The translations under genes and the position numbers were made by a program. Under the pieces are notes generated by a model. That model saw nothing but the letters and a program-made list of their open reading frames with translations, was not told the DNA's origin and did not search any database. A stretch of DNA of 61,951 nt, filler included, from Barthelona sp. PAP020 (taxonomy: Eukaryota), in the NCBI GenBank assembly GCA_040182905.1. It is 4 parts of 4 records of this genome, joined end to end, with 100 filler letters (N's around TTAATTAATTAA, not from the genome) between each part and the next. Parts side by side here need not be neighbours in the genome. Positions count along the whole stretch, not along the records: positions 15,576 to 31,042 come from JARQWU010000281.1; positions 31,143 to 46,577 come from JARQWU010000282.1; 2 more parts are not named here. One strand, 5' to 3'. Position 1 is the stretch's first letter; each line of letters begins with the position of its first letter. This document shows positions 20,175 to 31,581 of this stretch, one piece after another.

Positions 20175-20837
20175 ATGTGGGGAATGTGGAAATCAAAAGA
20201 TGAAATGATTCGAAATGATCTAATAAGAAGAGGGATTTCTGATCCAAGAGTCATAAGAGCCTTTGAAGAAGTAGACAGAGTTGATTTTGTTGAATCTGGT
20301 TATGAGTCAGCTGCGTACGCAGATGGACCTCAACCAATTGGATTTGGTCAAACAATATCACAACCATTAATGGTTGGATTAATGTCACAACAACTTGATT
20401 TACATCCAGGAATGACAGTATTAGAAATTGGAACTGGAAGTGGGTATCAAGCAGCAATCTTAGAAAATATGGGAGGGATTGTGTATTCCATTGAGAGAAT
20501 TAGAGAATTGTATGATAGAGCTAAAGAAAGATTGGATAATTTGGGATATAAAGTTAAGTGTTTTCATGGTGATGGTACAAAAGGATTGCCGGAATTTGGA
20601 CCCTATGATAGAATAATATGCACTGCTGCAGCTCCTGAATGCGCAAGTTTAAAATTGGTTGAGCAATTGAAAGAAGAAGGTAAATTGCTTATTCCTGAGG
20701 GTGATTCAAGATTTATTCAAGTATTAAAACATTATGATAAAAAGAATGGAAAAGTGCATATCACATCCACAGATGGTTGTGTATTTGTTCCATTGATTGG
20801 TGAATTTGGTTTTGAAAATGAAAGAGAATTGATTTAA
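20175..20837 (+). CDS. pcm: Protein-L-isoaspartate O-methyltransferase, prokaryote-type
   Basis: AYADGPQPIGFGQTISQP, VLEIGTGSGYQAAIL, GDGTKG...PYDRII.TAAAP, CVFVPLIG. Confidence 0.93.
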   Translation: MWGMWKSKDEMIRNDLIRRGISDPRVIRAFEEVDRVDFVESGYESAAYADGPQPIGFGQTISQPLMVGLMSQQLDLHPGMTVLEIGTGSGYQAAILENMGGIVYSIERIRELYDRAKERLDNLGYKVKCFHGDGTKGLPEFGPYDRIICTAAAPECASLKLVEQLKEEGKLLIPEGDSRFIQVLKHYDKKNGKVHITSTDGCVFVPLIGEFGFENERELI

Positions 20838-20987
20838 TTTGTTCAATGCAAAAACTTTGATAAAAAAATTAAATAATTTCTTTTTAATCCTTTTGCTTTT
20901 AATAATAATAAATATATCAAAAAAAAAAAATCCAATGTGGTTTGTTGTAAGAATCTTAAAATATGTACCGAATGCTATGAAAGAGAC

Positions 20988-21287
20988 TTACTTGGGAATT
21001 CCATCAATATATAACTTTTTTAAAATTTTAAATATAATAAATATTGAAATTAAGAACATTGAAACATTGAAAATGACAACAAAAATTCTCTTTGGCAAAG
21101 AAAGAGGTTTTTTGTTTGAAATTTGAGTTATTTTTTCTCTATCTTCAATCAATTCGTCAATTTCAAAACTACTTTCTTCATTTGAACTGTCAAACTCAAA
21201 ATATTCTGTTTCTTTTTCTTTTTCTTCATTATTGTCATCATCACAAGACAAAGATTCGTCAATCAATTCTTTTTGACCATCTGTCAT
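20988..21287 (-). CDS. Small acidic protein with one C-terminal TM helix (tail-anchored-like)
   Basis: 99-aa ATG ORF; acidic N-terminus, then IFVVIFNVSMFLISIFIIF. Confidence 0.5.
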   Translation of the reverse strand: MTDGQKELIDESLSCDDDNNEEKEKETEYFEFDSSNEESSFEIDELIEDREKITQISNKKPLSLPKRIFVVIFNVSMFLISIFIIFKILKKLYIDGIPK

Positions 21288-21886
21288 TATTTAAATAAAT
21301 AAAAATATGAAACAAGTTGGCATATTCATGTTTTACTTTCTTATTATTCTGTTCACATTTTTTTCGTTTTTATTTGTTCAATAGTCTGATTATTGTTGGT
21401 TTATAAAAAGAAATACATAAAGAGTTTTAAACCCTTATTAAAAAGACAACATGCAATCCTCCAGTATTTTACTCTTAAACTTTCCATAAAATTGATGATT
21501 TCAATGAAGTGATTTTCTTTAGAAAAAGAAAAATTAAAAGTGACAAACTTCTCCAATACGAAACTCCTAAAGAGTTTAAATTAACTGTTGAAAAACTGCT
21601 CTTTTTAACACTTATAACTGAATGCAAAATGTCTGAACATAAATGTCCATTTGCTGGGATTGAAAGTATGTCAAAATAAGGTGACAACGTTTTGTGATTG
21701 TTTTTTAAAAGGTGAAAGACACAATAAATTGTCAGTTTGATAATTATTGACAGAAAATTTGAAAAGAGGTAAATAAAAAAACGGAACAAATATCCTTTAC
21801 AAATAGTTTTAAGTGATTTAACATTTATTTATTCTATCATCAGAGAGATAAAAGAAGAAAAAGAAAAAAAAGATGATGAAATAAGA

Positions 21887-24800
21887 TTAACGAGGATGAG
21901 AAACCAATGATGAAACCATAATATTGTGTCCCATACTTGAAAGTTCTACATTGGAACACTCATCAGCTTCATTATTAATTTCAAAATCTTTGTTTAAATA
22001 TTCAATCAACACATTTAACACATTTAAAACATCAGGGAATTTATCAGATTGAGATTCAAAAATCAAAGAATTTTGTAGATTGATTAATTCTTCATTTTGC
22101 TTCTTTATCACATTTTTCAACAATTTTTGTTGATTTTTCAAATCTTTCGCTATTTTTCCGGCTCCACTAATTGATCTGTTTGCAGCTAAATCTCTCAGTT
22201 GAACTAATTCATCAAACAAAAATTTATCCATCATAAAGTTACTTTGTTTGCTTTTGTTTTCAATTATTTTTCCAATAATTAAATGTATATTTAAAGATTT
22301 GTACAAGTTTAAAAAGTTCATCAAATTTTGGATGAAAATTTGAATAGCTTCAAACATAACTATATCTTTCTTATTGAAAGGAATGTCAAAAAATTCAATT
22401 TCTTGTATTTGGTCAATAATTCTGCGACTATTTGCTTCAAATTCATAATTTTTATCCAAATTCAGAATAAACCTTTGTAATTCTCTCAAATGAATAATTT
22501 CACGGTTAATTCTTTCAACAATAGTAGCATATTTGACATTTTTTTCTTCAATGGAAGGTTCTTTAAACTTTTCCAATAATTTTGTAATTTTTTTGATTTC
22601 AACTTCATTTGAAGACAATTTTTCTTCCAAATCTTTTATTTCAGCATTTAAACGATCATTTTCTTCAATCAGTTCTTCATGTAACTGTAAATCAAATTCA
22701 TCTTGTTGATTCTTTAATTTGATTCTAGTTTCTTGCAATTCTTCTTCTGAAATTTTTAACAGATGAGTTAAACTTTTGACTTGGGTCTTTAAAACCGTTA
22801 TTTCTGGAGCTTCATTCATATTATTTTCAGGAATTGCAGCAATTTTGGGGAATTCTCTCCATAACTTGCCAATTTCACATATCATTGCTTCCAATACAGA
22901 TTTCTTGTATTCAATTTCTTCATTAATATCTTGATTCTCATCAAATGGTTGTTCTAAGAAGCCAATCAATAATTTTTGCCATTTTTCTGTTTCTTCCACA
23001 GAAGAATGACTAATCGAAAGAATTTCATTCAATTTATCAAACCAAGGAGTGTATAATTTTAAATTTTCTTTGGTTAAAAATTCGACAGTCTCAAGTTCAA
23101 AAGGTTCATTAATTTCTTCTGCTTCTGCTTCTTCTTTTTCTTCTTCTATTTTACTAACATCTATTTTTGGTAATTCACTAACTCTAACCAAAGCTTTTTT
23201 CATTTTTATTTGCTTCAACAACATTGATTTTTCTTCAGTTACAACAACTAATTTATTTTCCAATTCTTCAATATAGTTTTTAAATTCGTTCAACTTATCT
23301 TGTTGATTCCCAAATTCTTCAGCTTTATTTATCAATAAATACTTCAATTCTGTCATTTCTCCTCGTCCAACCTGTACATGGTTGACATTTTCTTCTGTAA
23401 ACTCACCTAAAACATCTATAATCTGTTTAGTTAAATTTTCAACAGAAATCTGATCATCATCATTAATACCATTTTCATACACTAAATAAAGCAAGACTTT
23501 CACCAAAGTTTGAACTCTTTTTTCCAAATCAATAACTTCAACTTCTTGTTCTTGTACAACTGCATTGACTAATTTCAAGGAACGTTTCAAATTATCGATT
23601 TCATTTGTTTGTTGTTCAACTAATTCCAACTTTGCCTTTAGTTCTAATTGGACAGAACTGTTCTTATCTTTTAAATTATCAATAATAGTCGTTAAATCAT
23701 CAGGAATCGATTGCCCAAGTATCGTACCAATAGGATCTGGATTATTTACCGATTGTATCACTATTTTTTCTAAATCTGTCAGTGACATACCAGGTTCTTC
23801 TAATAATGCAATATTAGCAGCTAATTCACCTACAGCACTTTCATACTCTTCAACAATTTTATTTGTATTTATGGATTTTGAAGTAGTAGTTGAATAAGCA
23901 TGTAATTTTCTCAAAGTGTTCAAAGAATTGGATAATAACAATAATCTTTCTGTTGTTATGTTAATGCTTTGTTCTAATTGTGCTAATTGTAATTGTTTTT
24001 CGTTCAAAACTCTTTGACTTTCATTCAAATCAGTGTGAACAACAATACGATGTTGTTGAATCTCTCTTGCCATTTTTTGAGATTCTTCATTCACAACATT
24101 TCTTAAAATTTGTTCATTGTTTTGTAAATCCCTGATTAATTCATCTTTGTTATTCAATTGTTCATTTAAATTCCTTAAAACTGAATTATTCTCTTCAATG
24201 ATTCTATCAGATTTTAACAATTTGCTATGCAATTCAGAGATCTTATTCAAATATTCATTTTCTTTAATTTGATATTCTTCAACAATATCCATTAGTTTTT
24301 TTCTTAAATCATCACAACGATTAAATTCAGAAGTTTGAATTCTTTGAATTTCTAATTCACTATGTTGTCTGACTTCAAGCAATTCAATCTTTTTTTGTAT
24401 TAATTCTTCTTTTAATTGTTTGATTTCATTATAATTAACTTCAATTTGTCCTCTTTGTGAATCAATTAAACCATTAACTAATTCAATACATTGTTCTAAT
24501 GATTCTAAAGGAGTTTGACTCAATTCACATTTTAAATTCGCCTTTTCATATAGCAAAGTTACTGAATCTTCAACTTTAAATGATAATTCATCAAAACTTT
24601 TGTGAATCTCTCTCAAATCTCTGTCCAAAACTTTGAGTGCATTTCTTTCTTCTTCAATATGATGTTCCAATCTCATACAATTTTCTGCAGATTTAACATA
24701 CCTTTCATTCAACAAAATAATCATATCTTTGGCATCTTCTAAAGTCTTTAAATCGTCAATTTGCTCATTGTCAACCAAGTTAAAAGAATTTTCAAAAATA

Positions 24801-25576
24801 TTACCAACATTTATCTCGTTTTCATTTTCATCATTTTTGTTGTGAGGTTCAACTTTGTTGAAAGATCCATTGAAAACATCAATTTCAACGTTTTCATGTC
24901 CAAATGCTTTACTAATTGATTTTTCTAACAATTGAGATTTCGTTCTGGCGCTTACCAATTGTTGTCGCAATATCAAATTCGCATTCTTCAATTCATCAAC
25001 TTCATTTTTCAATTTTTCAATTTGTGCATGAGTACTGTTGATTGTAACCGATTTTACATTAAAGAAAGGTGACTCTTCAATATTCTTTTCATTATCAATT
25101 TGCTTCTTCTTCAACAAATCACTTTCTAATTTTTCAATTCTATCTGATAAATCCAAATTACTTTGAACTTTCTCTTCAATTATTGTTTTTAACCTTACAT
25201 TCTTTTGAATTAAAGACTTACTTAAAGCTTTTGAATCCTGCAAACGACGTTTCATTTTTTCCAAACTGTCCTCCATTTGTAATTGTCCTGAAACAGGACT
25301 TTTTATTACACTCATTTGAGAATTTTTTAATTCATTAATACTCTCTTTCAAATCAAAAATTATTTGATCTTTTTCATTCAATTCCATTTGAGCTTCTCTC
25401 AATCTTTCAATATTTGTGCTTCGTGCTTGTGCCAACTCATCAATCAATCCAGTTATACTTTTAACAGATGCAACTTCATGCATGTTTGAATCATCGACCA
25501 AATCATCTAATAATGAATAAGCTTCTTCCACACGTGTGTGGAATTTTCTCACTTCCTCATCGGTGGTATATGTCAT
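21887..25576 (-). CDS. Long coiled-coil protein, family unassigned
   Basis: 1229 aa, E/K/L/N-rich heptads throughout. Confidence 0.85.
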   Translation of the reverse strand: MTYTTDEEVRKFHTRVEEAYSLLDDLVDDSNMHEVASVKSITGLIDELAQARSTNIERLREAQMELNEKDQIIFDLKESINELKNSQMSVIKSPVSGQLQMEDSLEKMKRRLQDSKALSKSLIQKNVRLKTIIEEKVQSNLDLSDRIEKLESDLLKKKQIDNEKNIEESPFFNVKSVTINSTHAQIEKLKNEVDELKNANLILRQQLVSARTKSQLLEKSISKAFGHENVEIDVFNGSFNKVEPHNKNDENENEINVGNIFENSFNLVDNEQIDDLKTLEDAKDMIILLNERYVKSAENCMRLEHHIEEERNALKVLDRDLREIHKSFDELSFKVEDSVTLLYEKANLKCELSQTPLESLEQCIELVNGLIDSQRGQIEVNYNEIKQLKEELIQKKIELLEVRQHSELEIQRIQTSEFNRCDDLRKKLMDIVEEYQIKENEYLNKISELHSKLLKSDRIIEENNSVLRNLNEQLNNKDELIRDLQNNEQILRNVVNEESQKMAREIQQHRIVVHTDLNESQRVLNEKQLQLAQLEQSINITTERLLLLSNSLNTLRKLHAYSTTTSKSINTNKIVEEYESAVGELAANIALLEEPGMSLTDLEKIVIQSVNNPDPIGTILGQSIPDDLTTIIDNLKDKNSSVQLELKAKLELVEQQTNEIDNLKRSLKLVNAVVQEQEVEVIDLEKRVQTLVKVLLYLVYENGINDDDQISVENLTKQIIDVLGEFTEENVNHVQVGRGEMTELKYLLINKAEEFGNQQDKLNEFKNYIEELENKLVVVTEEKSMLLKQIKMKKALVRVSELPKIDVSKIEEEKEEAEAEEINEPFELETVEFLTKENLKLYTPWFDKLNEILSISHSSVEETEKWQKLLIGFLEQPFDENQDINEEIEYKKSVLEAMICEIGKLWREFPKIAAIPENNMNEAPEITVLKTQVKSLTHLLKISEEELQETRIKLKNQQDEFDLQLHEELIEENDRLNAEIKDLEEKLSSNEVEIKKITKLLEKFKEPSIEEKNVKYATIVERINREIIHLRELQRFILNLDKNYEFEANSRRIIDQIQEIEFFDIPFNKKDIVMFEAIQIFIQNLMNFLNLYKSLNIHLIIGKIIENKSKQSNFMMDKFLFDELVQLRDLAANRSISGAGKIAKDLKNQQKLLKNVIKKQNEELINLQNSLIFESQSDKFPDVLNVLNVLIEYLNKDFEINNEADECSNVELSSMGHNIMVSSLVSHPR

Positions 25577-25791
25577 AAATGATTTCGCTTTTCAGAAATT
25601 TGAAATTCAAAATAAACCAAACAAAAAATAAAATTGTCATTTATTTGTTGCTTAACAAATAATAAGAAAAAGCAAGGTTTGTATGTTTATTTTTTCAATT
25701 CAAACAAAAGAAAATCAAAAATCAAGAAAAAAAAAATTTTTACATTATTTTTTTACACACTGTTATTGATACATATATAACAAATTTTTTG

Positions 25792-27945
25792 TTACAATTC
25801 ATCAAATTTTAATTGATGTTCAATTTCTTCATCAGACTTTTGCGCCCTGCTTTTACCTTTTTTAATTTTATCTTTGGTAATTTCAAATTCTTCAAAATCT
25901 TTCAATTTTTGAGCAAATTCAAGTATCAAATCATTAACTTCACTAATCAATGATTCAACTGAATTCTTCATGCTTCTCAAATCTTTTCTTTTTGAATATT
26001 GAGGTTCTTCCATAAATTTGTCCATTGCTTCCTTTAAAACGGATTCTTGTTGAAACCTACTGAAGACTCGACGTCTTCTAGTCTCTAAAGTATTCAAAGA
26101 ATCTAAAATTTTGGAAGTCAAACTTGAAATAACAAAATCAATCTGTTTCTCATATTTGTCAAAATATTGAGTTCTCTTTTCTTTGGATAATTGAGATTTT
26201 TCCAAATGTTTCAAATGTTTGATGGCAATTAATAAATTTTCTTTGTCATTCTTTACTGAGTCTAAAAACATTTTCCTTTGTTCATTCAATTGTTCGATAA
26301 ATTTTGTTGACTTAGGTTTCAATAATCTTACCAATTTGGAACTGAGGTCATCCAATTCATCCAAATAAGTTCTTTGTTTTTTCAAAGAATCTACTGAAGT
26401 GATCATTGATAATTTCAATAACAATTTGGAACGATTCAAATTCAATTGTCTAACCATTTCTAAACGCAAAAAATCAAAAATAATTTCAATTTCACTTTCT
26501 AAAATTTGTGTTTTTTCAACTACTTCATCCAATAATCTTAGAATGTCATCAAAAGTTTCTAATTCTTTATCTAAAATTTTTGAATTCAAAGTGTCCAAAT
26601 TTTTAAATAATGAACGTACTTCTTCATCCATTTCAATAAATCCATCAATTTTCTTTTGCAATTCACGATATAAGTTAGAATATTCAGTCCTAATTTTTAT
26701 GTCTACAATATGAACATTATCCTTAAAGAAATTCAACATTTCATTTTCGATCTCATTTTCATAATTTTCATCGTATAAATTTATAAATTCTTCTTCAATG
26801 TTGATAATTTCTTGTCCATTAATTTTGATATTGTCAGAAGAAGGTTTTACATGAGTTTTAAAAAAATCAAAAATAATTTGGGGAGAATTTTTAGCAAAAC
26901 TCCAAGCTTTACTAGCTTTTCTCTTCAAAGTATCTATTCCTTCATTATAATTTATTTGATCAATCGATTCAGTAAAATTCACCATCAATCCTGATGATAA
27001 GTGTTCAAAAAAATATTTTAATCTTTCAATTTCTTCTTTTTCTTCAATCCCTTCCTCATCAGACATTGTGCTTTCAATCTTGAAATTAATCAATTTTTGA
27101 ATTTTTTGTAAAGTTTCAGCTAATCTTTCATGATTTTGTTTATCCAAACTTCTTAATAATTTTAAAACATAATTTGAAGTTTCAGTAGCTTTACTTTCCA
27201 CACTATTTATTAAACTATCCAAAGTATCTCTCAATTTTTCCAAATATTCTTGAAATTCTTTAACGTATTTTTCTCTTTGTGTTTCATCCCTAACAGTACT
27301 CATATATCTTTCTACTTGTTTTATCTTCAGTTGAATAGCACTTTTAAAACCCATTAAAGTTGCTTTTAAGAAACTTAAAGTATCATGTTCATCATTTATT
27401 GATTTATCTAATGAACTTTCTATGGAATCCATAAATAGATCAATTCCTTCTTCAATTTTTAATAATTTTTCAAATATGCTTCCTTCAAGTCTAAATGGTA
27501 AAGCTTCAAGATTTGGTGATCTGTCATGATCAACAAAAGCATTCAAATAATTAATAAAACTCTTTGCAATAATTGAATCCAATTCACTAAGATATGATTT
27601 TTGTTCTTCTGTGTAATATTCAAAAACATTTCTTTTTGTTATTTGATGTACCGTATGAACTTTTAACAGACATTCAGCAGTATTATTGGATAAAAATACC
27701 AAAACAAAAGAAGGTTTGAAAGACACCAAAGTCTTGGGTCGAAAAACTTTAGTAATTAACAAATAGTCTCCACAAGAAGAAACAATTTTGTGAAGTTTTG
27801 ACATATCAACATTAGAAGGAACTTCAATTATTACTCCAACATTGTTATTTTCATTGTTTGTAAAAGTAGTTTCATCATATACAGTGCAACAAATTGTTGT
27901 CATACATATTGCAAATATTGCAATTAAAAAAACTTTTGCTCTCAT
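25792..27945 (-). CDS. Predicted ER-lumenal helical/coiled-coil protein
   Basis: N-terminal signal peptide; C-terminal FDEL (xDEL retrieval-like). Confidence 0.8.
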   Translation of the reverse strand: MRAKVFLIAIFAICMTTICCTVYDETTFTNNENNNVGVIIEVPSNVDMSKLHKIVSSCGDYLLITKVFRPKTLVSFKPSFVLVFLSNNTAECLLKVHTVHQITKRNVFEYYTEEQKSYLSELDSIIAKSFINYLNAFVDHDRSPNLEALPFRLEGSIFEKLLKIEEGIDLFMDSIESSLDKSINDEHDTLSFLKATLMGFKSAIQLKIKQVERYMSTVRDETQREKYVKEFQEYLEKLRDTLDSLINSVESKATETSNYVLKLLRSLDKQNHERLAETLQKIQKLINFKIESTMSDEEGIEEKEEIERLKYFFEHLSSGLMVNFTESIDQINYNEGIDTLKRKASKAWSFAKNSPQIIFDFFKTHVKPSSDNIKINGQEIINIEEEFINLYDENYENEIENEMLNFFKDNVHIVDIKIRTEYSNLYRELQKKIDGFIEMDEEVRSLFKNLDTLNSKILDKELETFDDILRLLDEVVEKTQILESEIEIIFDFLRLEMVRQLNLNRSKLLLKLSMITSVDSLKKQRTYLDELDDLSSKLVRLLKPKSTKFIEQLNEQRKMFLDSVKNDKENLLIAIKHLKHLEKSQLSKEKRTQYFDKYEKQIDFVISSLTSKILDSLNTLETRRRRVFSRFQQESVLKEAMDKFMEEPQYSKRKDLRSMKNSVESLISEVNDLILEFAQKLKDFEEFEITKDKIKKGKSRAQKSDEEIEHQLKFDEL

Positions 27946-28216
27946 ATCAATGTAATTGTCAAAGAAAAGAAAAAAAAGTGTAATCTTCTACTTCCATTCT
28001 TTTTCCTTTTTTATTGTTAGCACTAAATTTTGTTCCATATTTAAGGGACAAATATCAATATTTTCATCAAAAATAAGGACAATTTAATGATTGTTGATTG
28101 ACCCAATTTTTTTTATTTGTTTTTACAGGTTTAATGACAAAAAATATAAAAATAAATAATGTTATATTAACATAAATTTATCATTTGTAATAAATTAAAA
28201 CAAAAGGTTGCTTTTT

Positions 28217-31042
28217 TCAAAAATCATTATCCGAAAAGAAATCTTCATCTGAAAGACCGGTATCATCATCAGTAGAATTATTATTATTGATGGATATGTC
28301 GATCAATTCAGGACTCAATTGTTCGATTCTCCATTTTAGATACCACAAAGCAGTATCATAAAATTCTTTCAAATTGGAATCATACTTTGAATAATCAGAT
28401 GCAATTTGGTTTTCTTTGTCATCTATAATATTTCTACAATTGGAAACATCACTGTTCTGTTCATCTGTGTCACCCTTTTTGTGAAGGCTGTATTCTTTAA
28501 TTTTGAAGTTGACAGTCCAATCAAAATCTAACAATTTCCCTGATTTTTTTTCATCTTTTATCTGTTTTAACCAAAGTTGTATGTCTCCTAATTTTTTACA
28601 ACTCAAATCACATATGATTTCGTTTTCTATTTCTTCTCCAACAATTTCTTCCCAATATTGCCCCACAGTGAGATAAGACTCTCTTGCATTTTCAGCATCA
28701 GATAAAATCTCATTTAATATCATCAATTCTTCCTCATTTTGGTCAACAATCTTTCGAATTTCTTCTTTCTCAGCATCTGATAAAAATTCAAAATTCTCAA
28801 TAATTATTTCCTCCCTTATCTTGTGGGGATCTTCCAAAACCAAATCAACACATTTGGTTTGCCAATATAATGGAAAAACATCGTTGAGAATTTTCTTGAA
28901 ATTAACGGTTGGGTTGATGGTAATCAACAATTTTAACAGATTATTTGGACTAACATTTGATCTAAAAACAGGATAAATTGGCAAAACTTTATCAACATCA
29001 ATTATTTCTTCTTGAAACTTCTGTCTTTTGATTTGTTCTTCATTCAATCTGTATAAATTTTCGACATGCTTCTTTCTCTTATCTTCTTCAGTAATGTCTT
29101 CTTTCTGTTTATCAATACCTTCTGTCCAATCTCCAACAAATAATTTATGGTAAACTTCTAATTTGTCATTGTAAATTTCATTTCCAATTTGAATATCTTC
29201 ATTTTTGAAATAATGAACTGATTCTTCAGAACCACAACCATTATCAAAAGGAACCAAAACAATTTCAGGCATATTTGAGCTTAATTTGGCATTTCTAATT
29301 TTTTCAATGAATCTCGAAGGAATTTTTGCATTATCAAACATATTGTGTTTAAAAGCCAATTTATTAAAAGCAGAATTGAAATAATATGCTATTTCAAACT
29401 GTTTCAAAGTTTTATCACGCTCCAATTGGCAAAAATTTCGATGCTTCTGTTCAGAGTATGTTTTGAAGGATGGAACATTATTCTTTACAATGCAAAACCT
29501 CTTAAATCCATTGAATTCTTTAACAGCTTCATCAAAGGTGTGAAAATTGATATCTGCAAGTCCATTACAATTTCTCAAACTATTAAACACCCATGAAAAG
29601 TGGTCACAACGTTTCAAATTTAAAACAATTTGCATGGCACTGCAAATAGTTATCATATAAAACTGCACATTATATTCATTCACCAATTGATGAACTGATT
29701 TGCCAGAAGCACTTTGAGGAACTGGTCTGCCCAAATCACTGTTAAAGATCATACTATCATCTTGAATTCCTCTAGTTATATGATATCTTGAAGGATTTGC
29801 AATGTTGCCTGCCAAAAAAAAACTCCATACAGCACAAAAATGATAGGGAAATGGAAAGTTATTGGGTTGAACACCACCACCAAAAAAAGCGCAATCATAT
29901 CTGAAAGTATGAGCTGAATCAGATACACTAATGGCATTTTGCTGAACTGGTCTATATTTATTGGCTAAATGAATGCTTCGTCGATCAATGTACCAAGCAT
30001 TGAGAGGGTTTTCCAAAATTTCTTGAAAGAAAGGTGCATTAATCATATTTACCATCACTAACATCCAAAATTCTCCAGCTGGATCATTCAAAAGATAGTT
30101 AATGAATACTTCAGTTTCCTTTCTTCTGACAATATCTACATCACCGCTTGGCCATCTAAATGGGGGTAAAGGATTCATTTTATACCATTTTTTAGGATCA
30201 GATACTGCCTTCATAAAGTTTTTGTGAGAAGGAGGAGAACGTAAACGATTAATCTGTTTCCACATGTACTTTCTTTTATTGTCATTTCCACGTTGTTTAT
30301 TCATATTCATGATATAATATGAATAAGCCAAAATATAGGAAGTATTCGTGTTTGATGGAATATCTTGATCACAGTCTAACAGATTCTTGACAAGCATCCA
30401 ATTTTGATAACCAATTTTGCTTAGATCATCATCTCGAATGTCAAAACTTTCTCTTTCAAATTTGTGAATCATAAACAAAGGTAAACTTTCAAAATTTACT
30501 GTAGTATTCAACAAATACGCATCATTCGCTTTGACACTTGATTCAGGTGGTAAGAAAATACGATTTCTCTTGACAATATCTGTAAATAATTCTTTTAATT
30601 TCATTTCATAACCAATATGAGCTAAATACGTGCAACACTTTTCTTTAGGTTCAAAAACAGGATAGTGTTTGTGAAAATCTTCAGGATTTTTCTTACAATT
30701 TGCTAAATATGCTCGATATACATAAGGACTCATATGATCGGGAATTTTATCTTTTTCAACATCATCCAAAAATTTAGGTAATGGGAAAGATTTAACAGAA
30801 ACATTAAGTTCGTTATCCATAGTTAAGCTTTCCAAAAGGTCCAATTTTCCATTTTCATAAAGTTCCAAAAGTGCTTTGGATTCTGACAAACCTGGCCATA
30901 AATAGCCAGATATCAAGTGTTTACCACCCCAATATCTTAAAGGTAATTCCAAATGTTCAATAGGCAATTCATGAATAAAGAATAAACCTTGCTCTTCTGT
31001 GATTTCAACATTACCCTTTCTTCTCAAAACTATCGCCAAAAC
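28217..31042 (-). CDS. Uncharacterised ~940+ aa protein, probably 5'-truncated by the contig end
   Basis: Long ORF open to the N linker (listed start is TTG); no recognised motif. Confidence 0.8.
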   Translation of the reverse strand, partial: VLAIVLRRKGNVEITEEQGLFFIHELPIEHLELPLRYWGGKHLISGYLWPGLSESKALLELYENGKLDLLESLTMDNELNVSVKSFPLPKFLDDVEKDKIPDHMSPYVYRAYLANCKKNPEDFHKHYPVFEPKEKCCTYLAHIGYEMKLKELFTDIVKRNRIFLPPESSVKANDAYLLNTTVNFESLPLFMIHKFERESFDIRDDDLSKIGYQNWMLVKNLLDCDQDIPSNTNTSYILAYSYYIMNMNKQRGNDNKRKYMWKQINRLRSPPSHKNFMKAVSDPKKWYKMNPLPPFRWPSGDVDIVRRKETEVFINYLLNDPAGEFWMLVMVNMINAPFFQEILENPLNAWYIDRRSIHLANKYRPVQQNAISVSDSAHTFRYDCAFFGGGVQPNNFPFPYHFCAVWSFFLAGNIANPSRYHITRGIQDDSMIFNSDLGRPVPQSASGKSVHQLVNEYNVQFYMITICSAMQIVLNLKRCDHFSWVFNSLRNCNGLADINFHTFDEAVKEFNGFKRFCIVKNNVPSFKTYSEQKHRNFCQLERDKTLKQFEIAYYFNSAFNKLAFKHNMFDNAKIPSRFIEKIRNAKLSSNMPEIVLVPFDNGCGSEESVHYFKNEDIQIGNEIYNDKLEVYHKLFVGDWTEGIDKQKEDITEEDKRKKHVENLYRLNEEQIKRQKFQEEIIDVDKVLPIYPVFRSNVSPNNLLKLLITINPTVNFKKILNDVFPLYWQTKCVDLVLEDPHKIREEIIIENFEFLSDAEKEEIRKIVDQNEEELMILNEILSDAENARESYLTVGQYWEEIVGEEIENEIICDLSCKKLGDIQLWLKQIKDEKKSGKLLDFDWTVNFKIKEYSLHKKGDTDEQNSDVSNCRNIIDDKENQIASDYSKYDSNLKEFYDTALWYLKWRIEQLSPELIDISINNNNSTDDDTGLSDEDFFSDNDF

Positions 31043-31142
31043 NNNNNNNNNNNNNNNNNNNNNNNNNNNNNNNNNNNNNNNNNNNNTTAATTAATTAANN
31101 NNNNNNNNNNNNNNNNNNNNNNNNNNNNNNNNNNNNNNNNNN
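31043..31142. other. Artificial contig linker
   Basis: N44-TTAATTAATTAA-N44. Confidence 0.98.
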
Positions 31143-31143
31143 A

Positions 31144-31239
31144 TTTGAAGCAATTTTAACAAAAGTCTTTGACAATGAAAATATATTGTTTGAACCTGTA
31201 TTTATTCCTGTTGAATCAGAAGTTATAGTCCTTCCTTAA
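31144..31239 (+). CDS. Possible 3' end of a CDS cut by the contig start
   Basis: Open frame FEAILTKVFDNENILFEPVFIPVESEVIVLP*. Confidence 0.3.
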   Translation, partial: FEAILTKVFDNENILFEPVFIPVESEVIVLP

Positions 31240-31581
31240 TTGTATAGTTGCAAATTTATCGGAAACACGTTCCATTGAAATTTGAAATTGAAACATCTCT
31301 TCGATTAATTTATTACAAAAACAAAGACATTTCCACCATATTTGCCTTTCAAATAAACATTTAATTGTAATTTTGTTTCTTATTAATTGTAAATTTGTAA
31401 CCAAATTTTGAGTTTTTCTCGTTCAATTTCATACAAAGCGAAATAATTTTGACAATCTCAAAAAACAAAAAGGTTTCAAGATGATTTTTGTCTTAAAATA
31501 ATAAAACAATTACAATTTATTAAAATAAATACAAATTTTCTTCTTTAATAAAAGAAAACCATCGACTAATATCAAGATGCC

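Noticed and set aside
20975..20991. Possible 17-nt intron GTAAGT...CATAG at the stop of the 99-aa ORF
   Set aside because: No branch point, much shorter than the supported introns, and splicing adds only a few residues.
21451..21789. Short ORFs on both strands between the 99-aa gene and the coiled-coil gene
   Set aside because: No consistent ATG or splice model and no recognisable motif.
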